Source: Treponemataceae bacterium (GTDB lineage: Bacteria > Spirochaetota > Spirochaetia > Treponematales > Rectinemataceae). Taken from it: a DNA stretch of 64,000 bases. Where the stretch lies: NCBI GenBank assembly GCA_963667725.2, contig CAXXHO010000003.1, forward strand, positions 1,056,001 to 1,120,000, in the 5' to 3' direction. Positions 19,219 through 29,511 of the stretch are shown here, one piece after another (the stretch's first letter is position 1; every line of letters begins with the position of its first letter). The notes under the pieces were generated by a model. It saw only the letters and a list, made by a program, of their open reading frames with translations. It was not told the DNA's origin and made no database searches. The translations under genes and the position numbers were made by a program.

Positions 19219-19514
19219 TTCGGATCGGTCCCGTACAGTTGTTTGTATTTTTTTTTAAGGTAGTCGTTCTCCACTTGGAGCTGTCCTATCTGTTTGTACA
19301 GTTCATCCTTTTGCCTCGTGGCGTCTTCTGTTGTTTTATCCTTCCCTTCTTTCTCAAAGAGCGCCGATGCGTGCTCCGAAAGTTGCCTTTTCCAGAGCGC
19401 GATCATGTTCGGATGGACCGAGTAAGTAATCGCCAGTTCCTGCAGAGTCTTTTCGCCCTTCAGGGCTTCCAAGGCTACTTTGGCCTTGAATTCTTTGTCG
19501 TACCGCTTTCTCAT
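19212..19514 (-). CDS. IS3-family transposase OrfA (HTH)
   Basis: RKRYDKEFKAKVALEAL...WK; an A9 run at 19248-19256 is a candidate -1 frameshift site. Confidence 0.93.
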   Translation of the reverse strand: MRKRYDKEFKAKVALEALKGEKTLQELAITYSVHPNMIALWKRQLSEHASALFEKEGKDKTTEDATRQKDELYKQIGQLQVENDYLKKKYKQLYGTDPKW

Positions 19515-19608
19515 AGCTAACTCTATGCCTCCTTCTTTCCGTTCTGCAAGGAGGAGCGGTCCACTTTATATTGTCTCTATTCCTGTCCAGTTATCGCGGC
19601 TCATTATA

Positions 19609-20288
19609 ATATCAGCCCATTGCAAACCACGGATCTCGCCCATTCTCATGCCACAGAGAGAGCCGAGATATACCGCGGCTTTTGCCCTTGGCTCGTACTC
19701 ATCGAGGTTGAGAAGCTTTCCCAGCTCCTTCCTGTCAATTATGCCCCGCTCATTCGGCGTCTCTGGGAGCTTCTCGAAGCCGAAAAAGGGATTCGGTAGT
19801 CTGTTCTGACGCGCATGCCATCGGACGGGCACAGAGATCGTTTGTATCCTGATATTGATCGATCGTTCACAGATGCCCCGCTTTTCAAGATGTTCGATGA
19901 CGTTTTCAAGGAAGCCAGTGTTCACGGAGCTTAATCGCTTCTTGATACAGAGCTCCTTGAGCTGCTTCTCGACTATATCTGCCGATTGCTTGATATATTG
20001 CTCTGAGAGGGGGTGTTTTCGCCTTGTTTTTGCCTTTGCGTAGTCCGAGTCAGACTTCCAGAAATTTATGAGGAAGTCATAGAGGAATGGGTCATTAGCC
20101 CGCGAGACGATCCCTTCCTTTAAAAGACGGTCAGCTTCACGTACGGCCTGGCATTTTGTATGAATTCCAGGGGCCTGAATTGTTGTTGAGCGCATAACGC
20201 TGCCGTCCGGATTGAGAAACCTTGCGATGAATCGTTTTCTGCCGTCGGGGAGGGTTCTTGTTACGATGAAGAAGGGTGAAACCGCCAT
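19609..20288 (-). pseudogene. Tyrosine recombinase/integrase truncated by IS3
   Basis: Box I CGMRMGEIRGLQWADI ends at the IS boundary; HxxR and the catalytic Tyr are missing; lies next to the tRNA 3' end. Confidence 0.88.
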
Positions 20289-20413
20289 GGGGGCCTCCGT
20301 TGAAGGACCCTGGTACCGTTACGTATCATTTTACGTATCACTGGCGGTTTAAGAGAAAAACGGCAACAAACCAGTTTCTCTTAAAGTTTTATGCTGCAAA
20401 GACTTAGTAATAG

Positions 20414-20485
20414 AGCGACCGATGGGAGTCGAACCCACGTCTCCAGCTTGGAAGGCTGGGGTAATAGCCGTTATACGACGGTCGC
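20414..20485 (-). tRNA. tRNA-Gly (TCC)
   Basis: GCGACCG...CGGTCGC acceptor stem; anticodon arm CCAGC-CTTCCAA-GCTGG; GGTTCGACTCCC T-arm; CCA not encoded. Confidence 0.96.
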
Positions 20486-20699
20486 GATCAGGCCGTCGCA
20501 AAACGACGGTCTCGATTCAGCATTGGATATGTATAATTTTTAGCTTGATATGTCAAGCCCATTCCAGGGAAACATCCGTAAAATACCCTAATAAGGATTG
20601 ACGATCATCGAATTCAAGAATATAAAAGACAATGCCCTAAAGTGAGCTGGATAGCTTCAAATTCCAATACAATCGTCGCGAGACAAGGATAGCAGCCGT

Positions 20700-21323
20700 A
20701 TGGAACTACAAGTTCAGGAACTTCTCAATAGAATTAAAGCCGAGGGAGTGGACGAAGCCCGCGCCGAGGCCGAAAGGATTATTGCGGACGCGGAAAAAAA
20801 GGCCGAAGCCATCGCAAGCAAGGCGGAGAAGAAAGCCGCCGAGCTCGAAACCGGGGCGAAGACCAGGATTGAGGCTATGGAAAAAGCATCCAGGCTGGCG
20901 CTTGTCCAAGCTTCCAGGGATACTATCCTCGCGCTGAGGGGGAAGGTTCAGGATTTTATGCGCAATGCCATCCTGACGACTAGCTCGGATGTCATGGATG
21001 CCGCGTTCATTGCCGGGCTGCTTCCTGAACTTCTCAAATCCATTGCCAAGGAAACCGAAGGCGATCTCAGCGTCCTTCTGCCTTCCGAAACCCTAAAGTC
21101 CCTGGATGGCGCACTCGCCAATAGGCTTTCCAAGGAGCTTGGCAAAGGCGTCCAATTTAAACCTTTTGATGGAATCGACGCGGGATTCCGGGTCGCGGTT
21201 CAAGCTTCATCCGCGCAGTACGATTTTTCGGCTGAATCCGTCGCCGAGATTCTGGCTTCTCGCGTGAACGCGCGGCTTGCCGAATGCGTCAAAGCTTCCC
21301 TCGCGGAGGACAAGCTTTCGTGA
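20700..21323 (+). CDS. atpE: V-type ATP synthase subunit E
   Basis: Helical N-terminus LLNRIKAEGVDEA...; IDAGF and YDFS; first gene of the operon. Confidence 0.88.
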   Translation: MELQVQELLNRIKAEGVDEARAEAERIIADAEKKAEAIASKAEKKAAELETGAKTRIEAMEKASRLALVQASRDTILALRGKVQDFMRNAILTTSSDVMDAAFIAGLLPELLKSIAKETEGDLSVLLPSETLKSLDGALANRLSKELGKGVQFKPFDGIDAGFRVAVQASSAQYDFSAESVAEILASRVNARLAECVKASLAEDKLS

Positions 21324-21904
21324 GCCGTTACTGGTTTTTGTCGGCGACATTGCCTGGTTTGTTGTTTGGGGCAACGCCACCCATGTCGGGAGACGAATTT
21401 CTGATACTCTGCGAGAGGAATATGTCCCCTGAGGACTATGCGGAAACCGTCTCAGCCATCGGGTATTTGAACAGCGACCGGGTTCCCGAAAGAATGAAGT
21501 CATCTTTTTTATCCAGTTTCGTGGCTTGGGAACGAACCTTCCGGAACGGGCTCGCCCGACTGAGAGCCAGGCGGCAAAACCGCAGCGAGGACGAATTCAT
21601 AAGGCCCTCAAAGCGTTCGGATGAGGCTGAAAGCATTGCCGCCTCATGTTTCGCGATCGATGATCCCTACCAGGCCGAACTCAATCTGGAGAGGGAACGC
21701 TGGAACGCGATAGAGAGGCTTTCGTCGCTTTCATCATTTGATCTCGATTTTATCATCGCCTATAGGCTGAAGCTGGCGATTAACGAACGACTTGAGCGGC
21801 TGAACGCCGAGACCGGGAGCGTCGGGTATCGTCGTCTTTATGGCGATATCCTCGACAAGGCATCCCGAACTGCCGAAACAGATAACCTGGGAGAAAAGGC
21901 ATGA
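21320..21904 (+). CDS. DUF2764-family V-ATPase-associated protein (subunit C-like)
   Basis: YWFLSATLP, WERTFRNGLARLRA, FDLDFIIAYRLKL; lies between E and A; GTG start overlaps the upstream stop. Confidence 0.8.
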   Translation: MSRYWFLSATLPGLLFGATPPMSGDEFLILCERNMSPEDYAETVSAIGYLNSDRVPERMKSSFLSSFVAWERTFRNGLARLRARRQNRSEDEFIRPSKRSDEAESIAASCFAIDDPYQAELNLERERWNAIERLSSLSSFDLDFIIAYRLKLAINERLERLNAETGSVGYRRLYGDILDKASRTAETDNLGEKA

Positions 21905-23670
21905 GCCAAAAAAGCGGGCGCGTGGTTGCGGTTAACGGGAATATGGTTTCCGTTCGTTTTGAAGGCAATGTGGCCATGAACGAAGTGGCCTATATTCTTT
22001 CCAACGAGAAAAAGCTAAAGAGCGAAGTCATCAGGATCAGGGGCAGCGAAGCTCAAGTTCAGGTCTACGAGATGACGAAGGGCATTCGCATCGGTGACGG
22101 CGTTGAGTTCACCGACCTGATGCTCTCCGTCGAACTGGGGCCGGGCTTGTTGGGGCAGATCTATGACGGTCTCCAGAATCCTCTTCCGCAGATCGCCGAG
22201 AAAACCGGATACTTCCTCGAATCGGGCGTTTATCTCAAGGCACTCTCCAGATCCCTGAAATGGACCTTCACGCCCTCAGTCAAGACTGGTGACATCCTTC
22301 GCCGAGGCGATTCTATCGGTTCGGTTCCCGAAAGGCACTTTACCCATAGGATAATGCTTCCCTTCGATTTTTTCGGCGAATGGAAGATAGTGAGCATAGC
22401 CGAGAAGGGAGAATACGCTATCGACGAGACAATCGCCGTCGTCGAGGACGCTCGCGGAACGAAGAAGAATCTGAGCATGGTCTTCTCGTGGCCGGTTAAG
22501 CGCGCCATCGACTGTTATGTCGAGCGGCTCAAGCCGGAACAGCCCATGGTCACCAAGACCAGGATCATCGACACCTTCTTTCCTGTGGCCAAGGGCGGCA
22601 CGTACTGCATTCCTGGGCCTTTCGGCGCCGGCAAGACGGTGCTCCAGCAAGTTACCAGCCGCTATGCCGACGTGGATATCGTCATCCTGGCGGCTTGTGG
22701 CGAGCGAGCCGGAGAAGTGGTCGAGACCCTGAAGGAATTCCCGGAAATCACCGACCCCCGAACGGGAAAATCGCTGATGGAACGCACCATCATCATATGC
22801 AACACCTCGAGCATGCCGGTAGCCTCCAGGGAGGCTTCCGTATACACGGCCGTCACGCTCGCCGAATACTATCGTCAGATGGGATTCAACGTACTTCTTC
22901 TCGCGGACTCGACAAGCCGCTGGGCTCAGGCCATGCGCGAAATGTCGGGACGTCTGGAGGAGATCCCCGGCGAGGAAGCTTTCCCCGCCTATCTCGAATC
23001 GGTAATCGCGGCCTTCTACGAGCGCGCTGGCATCGTTCGCCTGGCGGACGGCAGTTTCGGCTCGGTGACCATCGGCGGTACGGTTTCCCCCGCGGGCGGC
23101 AACTTCGAGGAGCCTGTGACCCAGGCGACGCTCAAGGTTGTCGGGGCTTTCCATGGCCTTTCGAGAGAACGTTCCGACGCGCGCAAGTATCCGGCCATCC
23201 ATCCACTCGATTCCTGGTCGAAATACCCCGGGATCATGCCCAAGGAAACGGTTGAGTATGCCCACTCCTTCCTCGAGCGGAGCGCCGAGGTTGGGGCCAT
23301 GATGAAGGTAGTCGGCGAAGAAGGAACGAGCCTTGAGGATTATACTGTCTATCTCAAGGGTGAATTCCTGGATGCGGTATATCTGCAGCAGAACTCCTTC
23401 GACCCGGTGGACTCGTCCGTTTCTCCGGAGCGACAGAGAAAGATGTTCCGTCTTGTACTCAGCATCCTCGCCGCCGCCCTGCAGGTAAAGGACAAGGAAG
23501 ACGCCCGCTCCTGGTTCTATGAAGTTCGCCAGGTTTTCATGGATCTCAATGGCTCCAAGGAAAGCTCCGAGCTGTACGGTCAGTCGCTCGCCAAGATCGA
23601 GAAAGCATTGGCAGAGCGCAAGCCAGAATACGATGCCGAGGCTAAAAGCATCCTCGCGAGACTGGAGTAA
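21901..23670 (+). CDS. atpA: V-type ATP synthase subunit A
   Basis: Walker A GPFGAGKT, CGERAGE, DSTSRWAQA. Confidence 0.97.
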   Translation: MSQKSGRVVAVNGNMVSVRFEGNVAMNEVAYILSNEKKLKSEVIRIRGSEAQVQVYEMTKGIRIGDGVEFTDLMLSVELGPGLLGQIYDGLQNPLPQIAEKTGYFLESGVYLKALSRSLKWTFTPSVKTGDILRRGDSIGSVPERHFTHRIMLPFDFFGEWKIVSIAEKGEYAIDETIAVVEDARGTKKNLSMVFSWPVKRAIDCYVERLKPEQPMVTKTRIIDTFFPVAKGGTYCIPGPFGAGKTVLQQVTSRYADVDIVILAACGERAGEVVETLKEFPEITDPRTGKSLMERTIIICNTSSMPVASREASVYTAVTLAEYYRQMGFNVLLLADSTSRWAQAMREMSGRLEEIPGEEAFPAYLESVIAAFYERAGIVRLADGSFGSVTIGGTVSPAGGNFEEPVTQATLKVVGAFHGLSRERSDARKYPAIHPLDSWSKYPGIMPKETVEYAHSFLERSAEVGAMMKVVGEEGTSLEDYTVYLKGEFLDAVYLQQNSFDPVDSSVSPERQRKMFRLVLSILAAALQVKDKEDARSWFYEVRQVFMDLNGSKESSELYGQSLAKIEKALAERKPEYDAEAKSILARLE

Positions 23671-23673
23671 ACG

Positions 23674-25005
23674 ATGAATAAAGTCTATTCGCATATAGAA
23701 TCGATCACCGGAAACGTGATCTCAGTCCGCGCCGACAATATCGCTTACGGCGAGCTGGCCGAAGTGACGAGCCGCTACGGGCTCTCCCTCGCTGAGACCA
23801 TCCGCTTGGATAAGGATCTTGTCTTTCTCCAGGTTTTCGCCGGCGGCAGAGGCATCTCCACGGGCGACGAAGTCCGATTTTTAGGCCATCCTATGCAGGT
23901 CAGTTTTTCCGACAACCTGATGGGAAGGATTTTCAACGGAGCAGGGGAGCCGCGCGACGGCGGGCCCGTCCTGAGCGACAATATGATCACGATAGGCGGT
24001 CCTTCGGTTAACCCCTACAAGCGCATCATCCCCAGGGAGATGATACGCACCGGCATACCCATGATCGATCTTTTCAATACGCTCGTCAAAAGCCAGAAGC
24101 TCCCGATTTTCTCCGTATCAGGCGAACCGTATAACCAGCTGCTGGCCCGCATCGCCATGCAGGCCGAAGTCGATCTTATCGTCCTCGGCGGCATGGGCCT
24201 GAAATTCGACGATTATCTGTTCTTCAGGGATACGCTGGAAGAAGGCGGTTCCCTCGCCAAGACGATCATGTTCGTCCATACGGCCGCGGACCCCGTCGTC
24301 GAGTGCCTCCAGGTTCCCGACATAGCCTTGGCGGTCGCCGAAAAGTTCGCCCTCAAGGGTAAAAATGTCCTTGTCCTTCTCACTGACATGACGAACTTCG
24401 CCGACGCGCTCAAGGAAATCGCCATAACGCAGGAACAGGTGCCTTCCAATCGCGGATATCCGGGCGATCTCTACTCCCAGCTCGCCGCACGCTACGAAAA
24501 GGCCGTCGATTTCGCCGACGCTGGCTCCATTACGACACTTGCCGTCACGACAATGCCGGGCGACGATGTCACCCACCCGATTCCCGACAATACAGGATAC
24601 ATCACTGAAGGCCAGTTCTACCTCCATGGAGGCAGAATCGAGCCCTTCGGATCGCTTTCGCGCCTGAAGCAGATGGTCAACGGCAAGACACGAGAAGATC
24701 ACCGCGCCATCATGGACGGCATGATCAAGCTTTTCGCGGCCTATCGCGATACGCTCGAGAAAAAATCCATGGGTTTCCAGATGACAGCATGGGACAAGAA
24801 ACTGCTCAAGTACGGCGAGCAGTTCGAGACGAAGATGATGGATCTTTCCGTCAACATTCCCTTGGAAAAAGCCCTCGACGAGGGATGGGAAATCCTTGCC
24901 TCCTGCTTTGAACCGAGGGAGACGGGACTGAGATCGGATTTGATTCAGAAATTCTGGCCGGCTTCACAGGTTGCCGGAACGGAAAAAACAAGCAAGAACG
25001 AGTAG
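23674..25005 (+). CDS. atpB: V-type ATP synthase subunit B
   Basis: [27 protein letters not shown]. Confidence 0.97.
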   Translation: MNKVYSHIESITGNVISVRADNIAYGELAEVTSRYGLSLAETIRLDKDLVFLQVFAGGRGISTGDEVRFLGHPMQVSFSDNLMGRIFNGAGEPRDGGPVLSDNMITIGGPSVNPYKRIIPREMIRTGIPMIDLFNTLVKSQKLPIFSVSGEPYNQLLARIAMQAEVDLIVLGGMGLKFDDYLFFRDTLEEGGSLAKTIMFVHTAADPVVECLQVPDIALAVAEKFALKGKNVLVLLTDMTNFADALKEIAITQEQVPSNRGYPGDLYSQLAARYEKAVDFADAGSITTLAVTTMPGDDVTHPIPDNTGYITEGQFYLHGGRIEPFGSLSRLKQMVNGKTREDHRAIMDGMIKLFAAYRDTLEKKSMGFQMTAWDKKLLKYGEQFETKMMDLSVNIPLEKALDEGWEILASCFEPRETGLRSDLIQKFWPASQVAGTEKTSKNE

Positions 25006-25025
25006 GGGATTCGGAGACAAGGGCT

Positions 25026-25640
25026 ATGGCCAAGATAAAGCTGACCAAGAACGAGCTGAAAAAGCAGAAAGACGCCCTCAAAATGTACCAGAGGTATCTT
25101 CCGACGCTCCAGCTCAAGAAACAGCAGCTCCAGATGGAGATACGAGGCGTGGAAGCGCGCCTTGCCCAGCTGATTGCCACAAAAGAAGCGCTTGAACGGC
25201 AGTTTTCGTCCTGGGTCGCCGTTTTCTCTGAAGAGGATGCAGCCAGATCCGCTTCGGGCATGCCGCTCCTCTCGCTCAAATCGATCAGAACTTCGGAGGG
25301 CAATATCGCGGGGGTTATGATACCGGTTTTCGAGGATGCGGAATTCGAGCTGAGCGCCTACGACTATTTCCAGAAGCCGCTCTGGGTGGACAGGGCCCTT
25401 CAGCTTATGAAGCAGGTTCTTTTGACCGACGCGGAATTCCAGGTCGTGGAAAAGCAGAAAAACCTGCTCGCCGCCGAGCTTCGCATAACGAACCAGCGGG
25501 TGAATCTCTTCGAAAAGGTAAAAATCCCGGAAACGCAAAACGCGATTAAGATGATTCGCATCTATTTGGGAGACCAACAGACGGCCCAAGTCGTCCGAGG
25601 AAAGATATCCAAGAAAAAAGTAGAGGGACGTGAAGAATGA
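25026..25640 (+). CDS. atpD: V-type ATP synthase subunit D
   Basis: LTKNELK, LPTLQLKK, TNQRVNLFEKVKIP. Confidence 0.95.
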   Translation: MAKIKLTKNELKKQKDALKMYQRYLPTLQLKKQQLQMEIRGVEARLAQLIATKEALERQFSSWVAVFSEEDAARSASGMPLLSLKSIRTSEGNIAGVMIPVFEDAEFELSAYDYFQKPLWVDRALQLMKQVLLTDAEFQVVEKQKNLLAAELRITNQRVNLFEKVKIPETQNAIKMIRIYLGDQQTAQVVRGKISKKKVEGREE

Positions 25641-27496
25641 TCGCACCGATGAAAAAATTTCTTCTCATCCTCCTCAACAAGGACGTGCATGCCGCGCCAA
25701 TTTACCTGCGTAAGCTTGGGATTGTCCATATCGAGAAATTCCAGAGTTCAGGAGAATCCTGTTCCGCCCTCGAAACGGCGTTGAAGAACGCTCAGAACAC
25801 CAAAGGCATATTGGTTTCGAACCTCGACAGGAAGAAGGGCGGCGTGCCCGATACGACGCTTAAAGCGATTGATGTGATTAATTCTACAATATCGAACCAA
25901 ACCGCCGTCTCCGCTCTTCAGGACAGAATCTCTGACCTCAGTAGGGAATCTGACAGAATACGCAGCTGGGGAGAATTCACTCTCGAACTCCTCGACGAGC
26001 TCAGGCAGTTTGGCATCACGATCAGACTTCTGGAAGGTCAGCCGCAGCGGATCGCGGAAATCGGCGAAGGCGCCGATTACATCAGACTCTTTGCCCCAAA
26101 AGGGAAGGCGAGAATAGCTTTGCTTGGCGAGGGTCAGGTTCCAAGCGGATTCGAGGAATTCAGACTTCCCGAACTGAACCTCTCCAGCCTTGAAAAAGAA
26201 ATTTCCGAGTGCGAGAAAAGCCTCGCTGAGAAAAAATCGGAACTCGGGCGTTTGGCGTATAATATCGAAGCCATCGACCGTGAAATTAGACGGATCGAAT
26301 CGGCCTTGACGATCGAAAGCCTTCGCGCCGGCATGCCCAAGGATGATACGCTCCGCTATCTGTCCGGCTATGTCCCGGCGAAAGTGGCTGATACGTTGAA
26401 AGAGGAAGCCGTGAGGCGCGGATGGGCGATCGCTCTCGACGACCCTTCGGATGACGAACTGCCGCCTACGAAAGTCGAAAATAACGCTGTCGTGCGCATG
26501 ATCCAGCCGGTGCTCGATTTTATTGGCATTGTGCCCAATTATCGTGAATACGATACTTCCCTTTGGTTTCTCGGTTTTTTCTCCCTCTATTTTGCGATGA
26601 TATTCGGCGATGGGGGGTATGGCGTCATACTGTTCGCGCTCGCCTTCACCATGCTGCTGAAGAGCAAAAAAGAAAAAAAACCTCTCCCTGATTTCGGCAG
26701 ACTGCTGTTCGTTTTGAGCGGAATGACGATTCTATGGGGATTGGCCACCGGTACCTGGTTCGCGGTTCCGTTTGAATCCCTCCCCGCCATGCTGAAGACC
26801 TTATCCCTGCCGGCGCTGAACGGCGCCAACCCGGACGCTGGGACGAATACGAAAATATTCTGCTTCATTGTTGGCGCGCTTCAGCTTTCCCTGGCGCATA
26901 TAAAGAACATCAAGAGGGATTTCCCGAATCCAAAGTTCCTGTCGCAGGTGGGATCGCTTGCCATGGTCATCGGCATGTTCGACGCGGTGCTCAACCTGGT
27001 CATAGACGCGACACGCTTTCCCTTGCAGGGCTGGGCTCTGGCGCTTATCGGCGGCGGATTCCTGCTCGTTTTCATCTTTGGAAACTGGAACGGCAATCTT
27101 ATCAGGGCCATACTTGATGGATTGAAAGGGATTATCCCCACTTTCCTGGGCGTCGTCAGCGTCTTCGCCGACATCGTCTCCTACATCCGCCTCTGGGCTG
27201 TCGGCCTGGCGGGGCTCGCGATCTCGCAGACCGTCAACGGAATGGCGGTGAATATGTTCGGGCCGCAGGGCGGCAGCATCGTAACCTTCTTGATAGGCGG
27301 ACTTGTCGCCGTCGTCCTTCTCTTCGTGGGGCATGGCATCAACCTCGTTATGAGCGTGCTCTCAGTCCTCGTCCACGGCATCAGGCTCAATATTCTCGAG
27401 TTTTCCAGCCACCTGGGAATGGAATGGTCTGGATATAAATATGAACCCCTCAGCGAATCGGCCGAGGAGAGAAACGTACAGGAGAACATCATATGA
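25637..27496 (+). CDS. atpI: V-type ATP synthase subunit I (a)
   Basis: FAMIFGDGGYG, DIVSYIRLWAVGLA, HGIRLNILEF. Confidence 0.95.
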   Translation: MIAPMKKFLLILLNKDVHAAPIYLRKLGIVHIEKFQSSGESCSALETALKNAQNTKGILVSNLDRKKGGVPDTTLKAIDVINSTISNQTAVSALQDRISDLSRESDRIRSWGEFTLELLDELRQFGITIRLLEGQPQRIAEIGEGADYIRLFAPKGKARIALLGEGQVPSGFEEFRLPELNLSSLEKEISECEKSLAEKKSELGRLAYNIEAIDREIRRIESALTIESLRAGMPKDDTLRYLSGYVPAKVADTLKEEAVRRGWAIALDDPSDDELPPTKVENNAVVRMIQPVLDFIGIVPNYREYDTSLWFLGFFSLYFAMIFGDGGYGVILFALAFTMLLKSKKEKKPLPDFGRLLFVLSGMTILWGLATGTWFAVPFESLPAMLKTLSLPALNGANPDAGTNTKIFCFIVGALQLSLAHIKNIKRDFPNPKFLSQVGSLAMVIGMFDAVLNLVIDATRFPLQGWALALIGGGFLLVFIFGNWNGNLIRAILDGLKGIIPTFLGVVSVFADIVSYIRLWAVGLAGLAISQTVNGMAVNMFGPQGGSIVTFLIGGLVAVVLLFVGHGINLVMSVLSVLVHGIRLNILEFSSHLGMEWSGYKYEPLSESAEERNVQENII

Positions 27497-27915
27497 ACAT
27501 TGCCATGATCGGCGCGGCGTGCGTGCTCGGGTTTTCTGCCATCGGTTCTGCGCTTGGAGCGGCCGTTGCGGGACAGGCAGCGATCGGTTCCTGGAAAAGA
27601 TCCTACATGAACAACAAGCAGGCTTCCTTCCTCTTGGTCGCCTTTGCCGGCGCGCCCCTTACCCAGACGATTTACGGGTTTATCCTCATGAACAAAATGC
27701 TCAGTTCAACGAAAGAGCCGCTTCTGCTCTGCGCAGCGGGCATTATGGGCGGAATAGCCATGGGAATGTCGGCGTTGGCTCAAGGACAGGCTTCGGCCGC
27801 GGGATGCGATGCCTTCGGCGAGACCGGCAAAGGCTTTGCCAACTACATGATGGTTGTCGGCCTCTGCGAAACCGTAGCGCTTTTCGTGATGGCCTTCACC
27901 TTCGGAGCGATCTGA
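27493..27915 (+). CDS. atpK: V-type ATP synthase subunit K (c)
   Basis: Four-TM proteolipid with PLTQTIYG, SALAQG and GLCETVALF. Confidence 0.95.
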   Translation: MNIAMIGAACVLGFSAIGSALGAAVAGQAAIGSWKRSYMNNKQASFLLVAFAGAPLTQTIYGFILMNKMLSSTKEPLLLCAAGIMGGIAMGMSALAQGQASAAGCDAFGETGKGFANYMMVVGLCETVALFVMAFTFGAI

Positions 27916-27999
27916 CGGTTCCGAGGCGCCGCCCGCCCGCCCCGCGGCAGAAATGTCCGCCCCGGGCAAGCGGGCGGCGCCTGACCCTCAAAGCACCAT

Positions 28000-29070
28000 A
28001 TGAACTATAAAAGCAAGGTCGTCAAAGTCGGCTCCCTCATGATGGGCGGCGACTGGCCCGTTTCCATCCAGACGATGTGGAAAGATCCTTTGCCGGCTTT
28101 TTTAGGCGAAAACGACCCAAAACTGCATAATGTTCTTTCCAGAATCGAAAAACTGAAAGAGATCGGCTGTGATATTCTCCGCTTTGCCGTGCCCGACGAG
28201 GCGGCCGCGGATTCGCTGGGCGCCATAGCGGCCAAAAGTCCTTTGCCCATCGTCGCCGACATTCATTTCGACTGGCGTCTCGCCCTGCGCTGCATGGACT
28301 ATCCGATCGATAAGATAAGGATAAATCCAGGTAATATAGGCGCGCCCTGGAAGACGGCCGAAGTGGTGGCCAAAGCCAAGGACAAGGCTGTCGCGCTCAG
28401 GATTGGCGTCAACGCCGGTTCTCTGCCGATCGATCTTCGCGATGGCGAAGATATCGCGGCTTCCTGCGTCTTGGCGGCCGAACGCGAGATGGCTGTTTTC
28501 GAAGAGCTTGGATTTACCAATCTAGTGGTGTCGATGAAACTGAACGAACCCGGAGACGTCGAACGCGCCAATCGACTGTTCGCGGCAAAATTCGATTACC
28601 CCCTGCACTTGGGCGTAACCGAGGCCGGTCCTCTCATAAGCGGAATCGCCAGGAATACCGCGGCGCTCGTGCCTCTGCTCAAGGATGGCATCGGGGCCAC
28701 GATACGCGTTTCCCTTTCGGACTCGACGGAATCCGAGGTGATCGCTGCGCGCGAGATAATAGGCTGCGCGGGACTGCGCAAGGCTGGCGTGCGGATCGTC
28801 TCCTGTCCGCGATGCGGCCGCGCTTCCTTCGATACGCACGCATTTCTGGCTCGCTGGTCGGACAAGCTGTATTCGCTGAAGGCTCCAATCGAAGTCGCCA
28901 TAATGGGTTGCGTGGTAAACGGCCCTGGCGAGGCGCGGCATGCCGATCTCGGCATTACCGGTGCCGGAGACTACGTCCTCATCTTCAAGAAAGGTCAGGA
29001 ACCGAAAAAAATTCGACGTTCCGACGCCGATACAGCCTTCGGCGAAGAACTTGAGAATCTGATCGGATAA
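28000..29070 (+). CDS. ispG: HMBPP synthase
   Basis: VADIHFD, RINPGNIG, LHLGVTEAG, SCPRCGR, MGCVVNGPGEA. Confidence 0.97.
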   Translation: MNYKSKVVKVGSLMMGGDWPVSIQTMWKDPLPAFLGENDPKLHNVLSRIEKLKEIGCDILRFAVPDEAAADSLGAIAAKSPLPIVADIHFDWRLALRCMDYPIDKIRINPGNIGAPWKTAEVVAKAKDKAVALRIGVNAGSLPIDLRDGEDIAASCVLAAEREMAVFEELGFTNLVVSMKLNEPGDVERANRLFAAKFDYPLHLGVTEAGPLISGIARNTAALVPLLKDGIGATIRVSLSDSTESEVIAAREIIGCAGLRKAGVRIVSCPRCGRASFDTHAFLARWSDKLYSLKAPIEVAIMGCVVNGPGEARHADLGITGAGDYVLIFKKGQEPKKIRRSDADTAFGEELENLIG

Positions 29071-29079
29071 TACTTTTGT

Positions 29080-29439
29080 TCAAACAGGAGAAAGGGGTGT
29101 CTGTTTTTCCTCTTCCGCTTCTCTTGCTTCCTCGGTCAGTATGGTACCTACTATGGAGGTAACCAGTTCCTTTATGAATGGGTCTATTATCGAGTAGACA
29201 CGCTTTGTCTTCTGTACTTCCGAAGATACGATACCGGTTTTCTTCAGTATGGCCAGATGCTGTGAAATGACGGGCTGCGGCTGGTTCAGGCAGTGCCAGA
29301 GGTCGCCAACACAGGGCACATCCTGTCGGACGATCATGCAGAGTATTTTTAAGCGGACTGGATGGCCAATAGCCTTAAATTTCGTGGCGTAGGGTTCCAG
29401 CAGCTCGTCGCGGCATATTGGTGTTACTTCATTATTCAT
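29080..29439 (-). CDS. ArsR/SmtB-family regulator
   Basis: FKAIGHPVRLKIL, CVGDL, QPVISQHLAILK. Confidence 0.92.
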   Translation of the reverse strand: MNNEVTPICRDELLEPYATKFKAIGHPVRLKILCMIVRQDVPCVGDLWHCLNQPQPVISQHLAILKKTGIVSSEVQKTKRVYSIIDPFIKELVTSIVGTILTEEAREAEEEKQTPLSPV

Positions 29440-29511
29440 GGTTTAGAATATTAACCCTATTCTATAAATTTTTCAATATAAAAAAGTATTGATATTGGCG
29501 AAAAGAGTTAA

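Larger units (their letters stand above)
18321..19608 (-). mobile_element. IS3-family insertion sequence, apparently complete (1288 bp)
   Basis: Imperfect terminal inverted repeats starting TATAATGAGCC at both ends; contains orfA and orfB; no target-site duplication visible. Confidence 0.92.

Noticed and set aside
19566..19608. C-terminus IMSRDNWTGIETI of the listed 240-aa integrase ORF
   Set aside because: It is read-through into the IS inverted repeat and not integrase sequence.
535..20440. Simple attL/attR pair defining one 19.9-kb island
   Set aside because: The left fragment's acceptor strand does not match tRNA-Gly and only the universal T-loop is shared, so the boundary is not established.
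22276..23694. 472-aa antisense ORF, and similar long antisense ORFs over mfd, argS, ftsH and secA
   Set aside because: These are shadows of GC-rich, codon-biased genes on the opposite strand and have no recognisable motifs.
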